The position numbers and the translations under genes are program-made. Source: Azolla caroliniana (Eukaryota; Plantae; Polypodiophyta). From it: a stretch of 64,000 bases of DNA. Location of the stretch: NCBI GenBank assembly GCA_043228905.1, contig JBHGNT010000011.1, positions 18,972,001-19,036,000 of the forward strand, written 5' to 3'. Position 1 is the stretch's first letter, and every line of letters starts with the position of its first letter. Shown here one piece after another: positions 52,170 through 64,000 of the stretch. Under the pieces are notes generated by a model. That model made no database searches. It was not told the DNA's origin and saw only the letters and a program-made list of their open reading frames with translations.

Positions 52170-55100
52170 AGGCGGTCTCTTTTGACGACACCTTGGGAGA
52201 ACTGCGAGAGGTGATCGGTGAAGACCTTAGAGAAGACCGGATCGTTCCGGTCGGGTCAATGGGAATGTACGAAGTCATCGCGGACTTCGGGGAAAGGATC
52301 GGGTCAGATTGGATGGCCCGCGTGGATACAAAGTACAAGACTATGGACCGGAAGGTGAGGCCAGTTGCGGCACCCTTGCCAGAGGGCAGTGAGGAGCGGA
52401 TAAAAGGGGTCGCGTCGGACCCAAGTTTACAGAATCCAGCTGGCATAGGGCACCGGTTCACCGACATAACGCTACGGGAGCTCAAGGTCGGTGGGGGCGG
52501 CTTTCTACTGCCAGCGGAGGAGGACCGGTTTCGGAGAATGCTCGGGAGGCACGGGAAGGCTTTCGCATTCTCACCGGAGGAGATCGGGTGCGTAGACCCG
52601 ACAATTGTCGAACCGATGGTGATCTTCATGGTACCGCATGTACCGTGGAATCTCAAGCCGATTCCGGTGCCGAGAGTTCACATCCCGAAGTTGATGGAGC
52701 TCCTGAAGCAAAAGCTGGAGATGGGCATCCTCGAACCGTCGAGTGCCCCGTATTCGAATCGGTGGTTTACGATGCCGAAGAATGGCACGCTGCGCTTCAT
52801 TCAGGACCTGCAACCGGTCAACAAGGTGACCATCCGTAATGCAAGAATCGGACCGACCATAGACGAGTTCGCGGAGGCCTTCGCTGGAAGGTCGATCTAT
52901 TCTGTCGGTGATCTGTACTCGGGGTACGATCAGTTCCAACTAGCTGTGGAGAGCAGAGACATTACGACGATGCAGACTCCTCTCGGCCTAGTGCGAATGT
53001 GTACCCTGCCACAAGGAGGGATGAACTCAGTGGCTCACATGGTGAACGCGATGAACAAAGTGCTCAGGGATTGTATCCCGGACATCACCATGCCATTCTT
53101 AGAGGACATCCCGATCAAGAGATGCCTAGTGGAGAAAAAGGATGAGGCAATCGGGCCAGACGGATGTCGGAATTTCGTGGCGTCCCACATCGATTACTGC
53201 GAGAAGGTGCTGCAGAGACTAGAAGGTGTGAGGCTCACCTTCTCCGGGGAAAAGTCGGCCTTCGGGCAATTAGAGATCATGGTCGTCGGGCACCTATGCA
53301 GACCATACGGTTGGAAACCGTCTCCGACCAAGGTGGAAGCCATCTCCGCGATGAAGCATGACTGCAATTCGGTCACGGAGGTCCGCAGATTCTTGGGAGC
53401 ATGCGCGTTCTACCACATCTGGATCCCGCACTACACACATGTCGCGGAACCCCTCTACGGACTATTGAAAAAGGGGCGTAGCTTTGAGTGGAGAATGGAG
53501 CACACGGAGTCCGTACGGAGACTAAAGGAGGCGCTTACAGTAGCATCTGCTCTCCGTAAAGTGGTTTACGGCAAGGATGTTCCCATCTGCGTGACGGTGG
53601 ACACCAGCCCGACCGGGATCAGGTGGGTAATCAGTCAGGAGGACAAGGATGGCGTACGATTTCCAATCCGGTTCGGGGCAAAGGTATTGAGTGAGCGGTA
53701 GCGAGGATACGCCCAAGTTAAGCGCGAGCTTTGGGGTGTCGTTTCGGCAGTCAAGGCCGACAAGGATTATCTGATCGGGACGGAGGTGATCATCGAGACG
53801 GACTGCCTGTCGATACTCGGCATGGTTTCCGGATGCACGACGCCGGACCTAGCAATGCTCCGGTGGATAGCGTACATTAAGTCCATGAACCCGGTGATAC
53901 GACACATCTCCGGAAAAGACAACGCCATGGCCGACATGCTTTCGAGGGCATGGTTCAACGACGAAGACGGCATGGTTTCGGATGACGAAGAAGTTGGCGA
54001 GGACTTCTTCGGGTCGACTAACATAACAACGAGGAAAAGGGACACTCCGGCGCTTAACGAATTTGACGAAAGCAGGTACGATGGGGAGTGGCTCCAAATC
54101 GGGAGGTTCCTACAGACGATGACGCCGAACGCAGCATGGGCGAGAGAGGAGGCGAACCGGGTCCGGAAGAAGGCGTATCGATTCTTCCTGTGGGACGGGT
54201 GCATATGGAGGCACCCAAAGAAGAGAAGCGGCATCCCACTCCGAGTAGTGGCAAAGAAAGAAGAACAGGGGAAACTACTGTCGGCATTTCACGAGAGCCC
54301 ATGGGCCATACACCGCGGAACGTGGGCCACGTTCGAGAAGCTGAAGGAGAAGTACTAGTGGTCGGGGCTATACCAGGACGTGCATCGGTTCGTAACGACT
54401 TGCGAGAGCTATCAGATGCACTCCACAGTCCGACACCGGGACAAGCTACACCCGACCTACCCGCCTACGGTCCATTTCAAGTGGATGGTAGACTTGGTGA
54501 CGATGCCGATGGGGGTAGGACAGATGCGATACCTGGTGCTTGCACGGGAAGACTTAACGAACCAGGTGGAAGGTCGTGCACTGCAAAGCAAGCCAACCAC
54601 GGCGGTATGCCGCTTCCTGATCGAAGAAGTGGTGTGTTGGTACGAGTGTGTCAGGAGGATCGTGGCGGACCGGGGAGAGCTGGATGCGCGGGAAGCTGAG
54701 GAGTTGTTCGACCGGCTAGGCGTCAAACTCTCCCTCACTATGGCGTACAATCCGGAGGTGAACGGAAAGGTGGAACGTGGGCACGGGCCGATCGTAAAGG
54801 CGTTGGTGCGTGCATGCGGAGGGCAGGTCGGGAATTGGCTGCGACTCCTTCCTTACGCATTGTGGGCGGACCGAACTACGCACAGTTCGGTGACAAGGTT
54901 TATGCCGGCAGAGCTGATGTACGGACAGAAGCCGATCATGCCGGTGGAACGGACGGTTTCTTCATGGGCGGCGGTAGATTGGAAGGAAGAAATGAGCCGG
55001 GAGGAGTTGCTGGCGGCGCGGTGTCGTGAAGATTTTCATCCACAAGCGGAAACCCGAGCAACGAGAGCCAAAGAGCGATGTGCAACGTTGCACACGTACA

Positions 55101-56150
55101 TAATGTATTTGTAATAGTAATAAGGGAAAAGTGTATGGTGCTAGAAATGCCCCATAGGATCCCTAAGGTATAAAGGTGATGTGGTCTTGTGCGCACATCC
55201 ACGCGAGAGAGAGAGAGAGGTACTATGCGGTACATGGGTACCTAGTTGTTTGTGTGGAGGTGGGAGTAAAGGGGCCATCAATCTCACCCTCCCCAAATCA
55301 AGGAAAATATCTCCTTTGAATGAAAGGGGATATTTTAGTCTCACTCTTGTAAACGGTCTTCCCTCCTTGTGCTATAAAAGGAGAGGGAAGGCACCATTGT
55401 GGGGGTTGCCTATTTTGAGTGTGCGAGGTATACCACATAGGTCGAGCGTTAGGGTTAGGGTTAGGGTTTCTTTATCTTTATCTTCATCTTCGTCGGTTAG
55501 GGTTTCGAGTAGTCGTTTGGTGCAGCCTATGCGGCCACCATTTTGTAATCGTTCATTTCGTTTTAATACATCTTGTTGATCATCTTGTCTCCATCTTCCT
55601 CTTGTTCGATCTAATCTCTTGTTCATTCTTCTTCTTCTTGAGCAAAGCTTCCATTCCATGTCCGATTCCTTCTCCTCTACTCCTTAGTCCAAGACCCACG
55701 TGGTCCTGCCCTTCTCCACACACACGCGTAGCAACGCGACAGCGGATTCGGCAACTCGAGCGAAGGCCGGAGGACGTGATACAGGCGAAGGAAAAGCTGC
55801 GAGCGGCAAGGGAGCGGAACAAGACCCGGTTCAATCGGACGCACCAGTTGCGACCAAAGAAGATCGAGGAAGGTGACTGGGTCATGGTGTTCGACAGCAG
55901 CCTCGACAATCAGCACAAGGCGGTGCGAAAGTTCGCTAGGAGATGGTTCGGGCCCTACACGATGATGAGCACGAACGACAACGGCACGTACCACCTCGCG
56001 GAACTCGACGGTACATGGTTAGCAGTGCCGGTGGCCGGGAAGCGGATCAAAGAGTTCAAGAAGCAGTTCGAAGACGAGCCGAAGCCGGCGAGCGAGAGTA
56101 ACAACGACGATCAGTTCGGGTCCGGCGGAGAATTGGAGACCGACGAGTGA
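52170..56150 (+). pseudogene. Gypsy RT-RNase H-integrase with in-frame stops, split by a solo LTR
   Basis: KYKTMDRKVRPV; RT LRFIQDLQPVN...DLYSGYDQ...LPQGGMNS...PFLEDIP (catalytic DD changed to ED); RNase H VDTSP, ETDCL; integrase MVDLV...VADRG...NGKVERGH; GPY motif RRWFGPY. TAG stops at 53699-53701 and 54356-54358. Confidence 0.92.
55022..55741 (+). mobile_element. Solo LTR of a sister gypsy family inserted in the integrase
   Basis: TGTCGTGAAG...CAACGCGACA termini shared with the host LTR, interior different. 4-bp TSD GCGG at 55018-55021 and 55742-55745. Removal restores LLAAR|IRQLERRPED. Confidence 0.93.
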
Positions 56151-56922
56151 AGGCAGTTTTCTTCGGTGTCTACCCTTCTCTAGCGCATGCCGATGGATGC
56201 GCGGTTTGGTGGGGGTGGATGTCGTGAAGAAAACCGGCCATAGGCGGAATCGAAGAAAAAGGCGCATGAACTGGCTCTTACACGGGTGGACGCGAGGATT
56301 GATATATTGTACATATTTCGTATTTAAGAGGACTGGTGTAAATACTAGGTAGTGCACATTTATTAGGGGATTTTGTGCGTATCTCTGTCGACAAGAACAA
56401 GGAATAAAGCAGTTTGGCTAAGGAAGGGGGCACCCCTTTTGGGGGGAACTATTTAAGGAGGGAGAGAAGGAAGGAACAGGTATCGTGCACTAGGGAGGAG
56501 GAAGTGTTGCTGCAGATCTGGGGTGCCAAGCTCTCTCTCCTCCGGCGGTCGGTCTCTGTGGGTTGGAAGCTTGCTACCTCTGCTTCATGGACAACCCGTG
56601 CGCTTCCAGCAGAGGCTCTCCCCCTTTTTGTTTGTTTTTGGGAGTCGAGCGAGTGTGGTCTGTGCGTGTGAGTAGGATCCCTGTGTCGGGTCCATCGCCG
56701 CCTTGCCTGTTGTAACCGTCAGAGTCGTATTCTCTTGTATTCTCTTGTTATTGTATTCTCTAGTCGTAAACTCTTGTTATTGAAATCGAGTGTTACGTTC
56801 TATATCTCTCCTTCTCACTTCGCGTATCTACAAGTCTCTCTCTCTCTCTCTCTCTCTCCTCGGTTCAAGATCCCCGTGGTCCCGCCCCTTCTACACGCAC
56901 GCGTGTAACAACACGACAACGG

Positions 56923-59901
56923 CGTGACTGGGGTTGTTGGCATAGGAAATATAATTCTGACCACAGGCATGGGTTGCAAACTAGTATTAAAATATGTTAG
57001 GCATGTACCATACATTCGGTTGAATATTATTTCAGCCGGTAAGCTTGATGATGAGGGTTACACAAATTCCTTTGGTGAAGGAAAATGGAAGCTCATCAAA
57101 GGCTCGCTAGTATTAGCAAAATGTCTAAAACATAATTCCCTCTATGTACTTCATGTTGTGGTTTCCGGTGGAGGGGTAAATGTAGCCAACAAGGATGCCT
57201 CGATTGAGCTATGGCATAAGAGACTTGGGCACATGAGTCAAAATGGATTCGATGTTCTAGCAAGGAAGAACATCCTACCAGACATAAAAGGTATGCACTT
57301 CGAAACTTGTGTTGATTGCTTGGCCGGCAAACAACACAGAGTTGCCTTTCAACATCTGCCCCCCAAAAGAAAATTTCAGCCATTGGAATTGGTGCACAAG
57401 GATTTGTGCTATATGAAAGATAGAACTCTTGGGGGAGCATTGTACTTTGCCACATTTATCGATGACTTCTCAAGGAAGTTGTGGTGCTTTGCATTAAAGA
57501 CTAAAGATCAAGTGTTTGAAATCTTTAGGAACTTTCATGTAAGTGTGGAAAGAGAAACTGGAAGAAAGCTTAAATGTATCTGTGCCGATAACGGCGGTGA
57601 ATATCAGGGACGATTTGAGGAATATTGTCATGAGCCTGGTATTAGACTAGAGAGAAGTGTCCCGAAAACACCTCATCACAATGGTGTGGCTGAGAGGACG
57701 AATAGGACAATTTGTGAGCGGATAAGATGTATGTTATCCCACTCAAAATTGCCTAAATCCTTTTGGAGTGAAGCAATGAGGACTACAATTGACCTCATAA
57801 ACCTGTCTCAATCAACCCCCTTGGATGGCGATGTTCCTGAGAGGGTTTGGACAGGTAAAGATGTGCCATACAAACACTTGAGAGTGTTTGGATGTTGGGC
57901 CTACGTTCACATCCCAAAATATGAAAGATTCAAGCTTGATGACAAATGCAAACCATGCATATTCTTGGGATATGGCCATGAGGAATTCGGCTATAGACTT
58001 TATGAACTAGTAGAGAAGAAGGTCATTAGAAGCAGGGATGTGGGATTCCTTGAGGATCAAACCTTACAAGATCCGAAGCCGAATGAAATGCTGAATCTCA
58101 CCCTTGATTTTTCAGTCACCGAACACCCAATGCCTGCCCTAGACACACAAGGTCATGGGGGAGATACCGAGGAGTATGATGATACGGCTGATGATGCAGC
58201 TGATGATGATGATGGCCAGAATCATGACCATCATACTCTAGGTGACATTTCAATAGCTCCTCCGGAAGAGGAAGAGGTTAGAAGGTCTATGAGACAAAGA
58301 AGACCTTCTACTAGATACAACCCACATGAATATGTGATGCTTTCAGATGGAGGAGAGCCAGAAAGCTTTAGAGAAGCTATGGAAAAATATCATAAGGAGG
58401 AATGGCTTGACGCCATGAATGATGAGATGAAGTCTTTGCAAGACAATCACAATTATGATCTTGTAAAGCTGCCTAAGGGCAAGAGAGCGTTGAAAAACAA
58501 ATGGGTTTGCAGGCTCAAGACTGAGGAACATTGCTCACAACCAAGATACAAGGCAAGATTGGTTGTGAAGGGGTTCAACCAAAAAAAGGGAATTGATTTC
58601 GAGGAGATTTTCTCACTAGTGGTGAAGATGTCCTCGATCAGAGTTGTACTTGGGATCGCAACCAGTCTCGATCTAGAAATCGAGCAACTCGATGCAAAAA
58701 CCGCCTTCCTCCATGGCGATTTGGAAGAACAGATTTACATGGATCAACCCGAGGCGTTTGGAATCAAAAGGTAAGATAAACCTAGTATGCAAGTTAAAGA
58801 AGAACTTGTACAGCCTAAAACAAGCTCCTAGACTTTGGTACAAAAAGTTTGACTCCTTTATATTGAACCATGGGTATAATAGAACAAACACATACCATTG
58901 TGTGCTTGGTAAGAAATTCCCAGATGGGGATTTTGTCATTTTTCTCTTGTATGTTGATGAGATGTTGATCATTGGTCAAGACGGCAACAAGATTGAGAAG
59001 CTGAAAAAGGAACTCAACAAATCTTTTGCCATGAAAGACTTGGGACTAGCCAAGCAAATCCTTGGGATGAAGATAACCAGGGACAAGGCAAGCAAAAGAC
59101 TTTGGTTGTCTCAAGAAAAGTACATTGAGAAGGTACTTGAGAGATTCAACATGGCTAAGAGTAAGCCGGTCAACACTCCACTCAGCTCAATGCCCTACGA
59201 GTGATGAAGAGCAAGAAAGAATGAAACAAATACCATATGCCTCTGCAGTCGGTAGTTTAATGTTTGCTATGGTATGCACGAGGCTGGATATTGCTCACGC
59301 AGTTGGTGTAGTGAGCCGTTTTCTCTCGAACCCTAGAAAAGATCATTGGGAAGCAGTGAAATGGATCCTGAGATATCTGAGGGGTACCTCAAGAGTCTGT
59401 CTAAAATTTGACCTTGAGAACCAAACTATATTAGATGAATATACAAATGCTGATATGGTTGGTAATGTTGACTCCAGAAAGTATACATCTGATTACCTAA
59501 TGATCTTTGCAGGGGGAGCGGTCTCTTGGCAATCGAGATTGCAAAAATGTGTTGCATTATCCACAACGGAGGCCAAGTATATTGCTACCACAGAAGCTAG
59601 TAAGGAATTGTTATGGCTAAAGAAATTCCTACAAGAGTTGGGGCTGACCCAAGAAAGGTACATTTTGTATTGTGATAGCCAAAGTGCTATCCACTTAAAC
59701 AAGAATTCTTGCTTTCACCTTAAGTCAAAGCACATTGATGTTAGATACCATTGGATTAGAGATGTGCTTGAAGAAAAGAAAATGCACATTGAGAAGATAC
59801 ATACCAATGAGAATGGTTCCGACATGATGACTAAAAGTTTGTCAAGGGAGAAGCTTGAAGTTTACAAACAAAAGGCAAACTTGGTTGTGCCCCCCACTTG
59901 A
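56923..59901 (+). pseudogene. Copia PR C-terminus, integrase, RT and RNase H (3' part)
   Basis: LWHKRLGH, FIDDFSR, ADNGGEY, NGVAERTNRT, RYKARLVVKG, QLDAKTAFLHG, LLYVDEM, SWQSRLQKCVALSTTEA, CDSQSA, KHIDVRYH. Frameshifts near 58770 and 59180. Confidence 0.93.
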
Positions 59902-60085
59902 GACGGAGGGGGAGAATTTTTGGGGCTTGTCCACTCAAGTGAAGCCCACAACATTGAGTCGGCTGAACGCCAAATAGGCTTAAGGAAAAGTATAAGAAAA
60001 GTTATAATTAGTTGTATTTATATATGTATATGTATGTATGTATGTATGCCTTTTTTCTTTTTTGTATGTTTTTTTGGGTGTGTGT

Positions 60086-60205
<120 letters not shown>

Positions 60206-61449
60206 CACAGATATAGACATTGGACTACAAGAAGACAGAAAGAGAAAAACAGAGAATAGAAAAAGGGAGATAGCGTGACCTGTTTTTTTACACACAAAAA
60301 ATAGAAAACAGAGTGAGAGAAAAACAGAGAACGAAAGAGTGAGAGCAAGAGGAAGAGTGTTCTACCAAAGTGCAAAAGTGGAGACAGAGACCTACGAGGG
60401 GTTGTTCGTGCTATCAAAGAACCATGATTGAACAGCAACTATCCTGTCTACTTTGCATCAAGTTTCTTTGTTTCATGTTTTTCCTTGTTTCCATTTTTTG
60501 TTAGTTTTTCTATCCACCCAGTTGGGTGAGGAATTGTAATCAAGGCTACTGCCTTAGCATACAGATCCCTCTAGTCAAAGCTAGAGAGGTTGTATTCCTT
60601 TGTACTAAGAAAAATAGTGAACTTGTTTTGAACCCGAAGGGGTTCTGTGGTTTTTCCCTATTTTGGGATTTCCACGTTAAAATTTTTGGTGTACTCTCAT
60701 TTTCGTCTTGTGGTTTCATCTATTGTTTAATTTGTTTTGATTGAGTTGGTGGTCCAAATCATCCCAATTCGGATCCATATTCCTAACACCAAATTCAAGG
60801 ACATTACGTGTTCTGCGTTACACATATCCAAGGAATCTTTGTGCCTTCGTTTGAGGTAAGGTGATTGTGTTTAGGTGTGGGATGATAGTACTCCTGATTT
60901 GTTTGTGCCTATTTTGGTTAGTGTATGAAGTCTGACCATCTAAATATATGAAGTCCTTGAGATAGCCTTCCTAAACCTCATTTACTGACTACATCTATCT
61001 AATACATTGGTCAATCCATATAGTATGCACTATAAGCATTGCTCATATCGCTCCAAGCCTTTAGAGGGAATGATTCAGTCTCACCTTGTACTTGTTAGTT
61101 ATATGAGGGAGCTCTTGGACAAGTTTTTTCTTGGCCTTTGATTAATGGGGGCGATCCTTCTGACCTGCTAATCTCAACGTGTAATGAGTGATCAAACACT
61201 ATTGAGTACATCATGTAATTACTCTCAAAAGAAAGAGATTGGACGCTACCAGCAAATCATTCCTAGCTTTGCTACAATCAATTTTGTCGATTGGTCAAAT
61301 TATCATGTCTTGCTTTTTGTGACTCTATGCTTGCCAAATCTTGTTAAGTACTTTCACCCAAAACCATATCAAAATGCTAACACTAAATTTATGAAAGAAG
61401 TCTTACAAAGTTACACTTGTCAGAGACATATAAGTCTACAAAGCCTTCA

Positions 61450-62500
61450 ACTAAAATGGTCTTAGCTAATCCATTAGATATTGTGACTATTATTTCCGCT
61501 AGATATTCTGGGTACATGTAGGGACTACTTTGTAGGCTTACTTGGGCTGGGACTCCACTTGTAGGAGGGTTTCTACTTCTGACGTAATGTTTTATAATTT
61601 GGTCAAGTAACAAGTCTCCTCCACATATATAAGACTACATAAAACATAAAACAACTTCTTCCCAAATAGTGCACCTGGCTACATATTGTGATTGATTATA
61701 TAAAATAATCAAATCAAGATATTGTTGTGCTTTTGGTCAATTCAGAGAAAATAGTTGATCATCTTGTTTGGTCCATTTTTGCTTAACCCACACAAAAAAT
61801 GAGTTTTGGTCCATGCATTTCTCCCTTGATTTACATCCTTGAGAGGGGTTCTTCTTGCAAAGACATGCTTAACAAGGGTTTATAGGGCCATTTTTCATTT
61901 CAAGGTCTGTTAGACAATGGTGGCTACTCATTACTTTATGGAAATGGAGCAATTTTGGTATCCATTTGAGTACCTCCCTCCTTTTACTATCAAGCAAGGA
62001 GTTTCTCAGTGTTGAAGTGTCAAATAATCGCAACAATGGTGTAATTTTGGTATCCACTTGAGTACCTCCCTCTTTTTAGTGTGACACAAAGTGGAATCTC
62101 TTAGTGTTGGTTTTTCTCAATCGTCCACTTTGCATGAACTTTGGGATCTTCCATAAATGGTTCTTGTTTGGGTTAATCAAAAGTGACACCATACAAACAA
62201 GTGGTAAGTAGATCGTCTTGTAGCTTGGTGCAACCTTATACTTACATCATTGACACTAGTCCTATCCCAGAATAGAGGATTCTTGAGGTATTCCTAGAGG
62301 CATCACCCTTACTTGTACTTGGCTTTTTCCATTTATGGAATAGGACTCTACTCTCCCATGGCTGATGTTACTATAGAAACTAACCAATAAAAGGTTGTTC
62401 CCTGGTTGTTTGCATGTTCCTTTCAAACATAAGAAAACTACACCTTCCCCAAGTTTACTACAAATCATCAATACCATTGCAAATTGCTAATAATGTATAT
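61450..62500 (-). mobile_element. Very degenerate gypsy RT/RNase H remnant
   Basis: HGRVESYSINGKSQVQVRVMPLG resembles GHE.YS..DG.SGY.Q...VMPFG. An LLQ-containing RNase H-like trace lies near 61500-61580. Confidence 0.35.
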
Positions 62501-63043
62501 AGCCCCTTCCCTTGATAATGCCTTGGAAATGATTGTCTCATATCATCGCATACATTGTTTGTTCTTTACTTATACGACCTTGAGGGTCTTTATCATGCAA
62601 CTATAGTTGGACGCTTCTTTCTTAACCAAAGAGTTATGTACTTCAATCTAAACAAAGCTTCAATGCAACTTGGTGAATAATAAAGCACCGAAACTGAATT
62701 GCACCTAATGTTATGCCTCAAAGAGATGTAAATCCAATGATGCGATACAAAAGAATTGAAGTTTACAAAATTATCTAGTGCAAAAAATTCAGTTCAGAAA
62801 TATACTTCCCCCTCTTTTCTACAAAGAGTTGACTCAATGTTAGTATATGAATCCACCGGTTCCCGTAATTACCAAAACAGAATAGGCAGACTAAGAGAAT
62901 ATCACAAAAAAATTGAGCTAACCTATTGAGATGAATTGAAGAAAAAAAACATCACCACAAATCCTCTTTCCTTCCATTATCACATAAATTTCAAAGCGAT
63001 GATAATGGTGATGATGGTCACAACTATGATGGAGAGTTATCCT

Positions 63044-63458
63044 CTACATTCTTAGAAATTTTGAAAGAGAGAAAGAAGGCGGGTCATCCTGTTAATTAAA
63101 ACAGCTAGAGCACAAAGACTTTAGAAAGAATCCCTTCAACGAAGTGCTAAAACATTTGTGCATATTTGTTTACCTCTTCGCCATCTGGATTTGTGCAGGA
63201 CATAACCAGAATCAGTTGCCGTAAGAGCCTCTCCAAAGAAGGATACCTTGGGCGTTTATAATAAGCTGACAGAAGCTTACTCTACGAAATTAATTAGACC
63301 ATTGATTATTTGAATATTATAGCATTATTAATCGATCTTGTTTCACCTAGAATGCTCTGGTTTAAACTGTCTGCAACATTTTGTCGATGATTTATGCTCA
63401 GAAGTTCAAATACAGGTGACATCTCTGGTTCCTCATATGCGAGAAGCATCATGTAATT
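63044..63458 (-). CDS. Last three exons of a CTLH/CRA-domain protein (GID/CTLH E3 ligase subunit family, At1g06060-like)
   Basis: Exons 63347-63458, 63174-63265 and 63044-63088 have GT-AG introns in consistent phases (1, 0). They splice to NYMMLLAYEEPEMSPVFELLSINHRQNVADSLNQSILAYYKRPRYPSLERLLRQLILVMSCTNPDGEEDDPPSFSLSKFLRM*, with the CRA signature LLAY.EPE.SP...LL....RQ.VAD.LN..IL. Missed by the ORF track; upstream exons appear to lie beyond the window. Confidence 0.88.
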
Positions 63459-64000
63459 CTGAACAAGGTTTCAGATGAGAGGATTAATATGCAGAAAACT
63501 GTACGATCAAAAGAAGATCCTTTTACATAGCAGACTATAAACCATGAAAGAAGTTTGAATTTTGTAATCATGTTCAGATGTCACATTTACCCATCTTCAT
63601 TTGTTTCATTGAACATGCTGAAAATGTGTGCACACACATGTAGACATTAAAATAATATTGACCATACAACAAAACTGGGGCTCAGAGAAAGATCTACTTT
63701 TTGTTTTGGGACTGATTACCATGCTCTTTTAAAGATGTGTCCATGTGTCCAAAGATTTTAAGAAAATTTGAAGAACTGCTAATACATATCAGGTAAAGTT
63801 AGAAAAGGCGCTCTCATTTCCCGTATAGACAAAATCATAGGTTTCAAATATGTAATTTATTCAAAGAGAACGTTGGAAAAGGATAAGATAAGACAATGAA
63901 CGTACAAATATTCTCACATTTGGCAAACAAATTTCCAAGATTTTTAGAAATATTTCCATCATCAGAAACAAAAAATTCATTTAAAAACATAGTTCATCAC

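Larger units (their letters stand above)
51364..56918 (+). mobile_element. Nested non-chromovirus Ty3/gypsy element (Phygy-like) lacking gag-PR
   Basis: LTRs 51364-52097 and 56220-56918, about 20 substitutions by eye (~97% identical). 4-bp TSD ACGG at 51360-51363 and 56919-56922. G-rich PPT at ~56205-56219. Confidence 0.93.

Noticed and set aside
52115-53701. 528-aa ORF as an intact functional gene
   Set aside because: It starts at a GTG inside the PBS, runs through a foreign LTR fragment, has the RT catalytic DD changed to ED, and ends at a premature stop.

Overview
Eukaryotic land-plant genomic DNA, probably a seed-free plant such as a fern (inferred from the PPR remnant and the retrotransposon lineages). 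Two host genes are supported: an intronless ZF-HD homeobox gene (8664-10049, minus) in a TE-free, microsatellite-rich island, and the last three exons of a CTLH/CRA-domain gene (63044-63458, minus; continues past the window). The rest is layered mobile DNA. (1) A full-length Ty3/gypsy chromovirus (32142-37565) shows a tRNA-independent self-priming signature, a perfect heat-shock element in its 5' LTR and a -1 frameshift cassette. (2) A Copia element (49557-60788) carries a nested tRNA-Trp-primed gypsy with a 4-bp TSD, which in turn carries a solo LTR and a 47-bp scar of another Copia LTR where gag-PR was lost. (3) A 1.9-kb tRNA-Ala-primed mini-retroelement has an ATAT TSD. (4) A 480-bp TG...CA element has ~100-bp terminal inverted repeats. 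Also present: a hAT-like MITE, solo LTRs, LINE fragments, a PPR pseudogene and many decayed pol remnants. All alignments were done by eye and no database searches were run.
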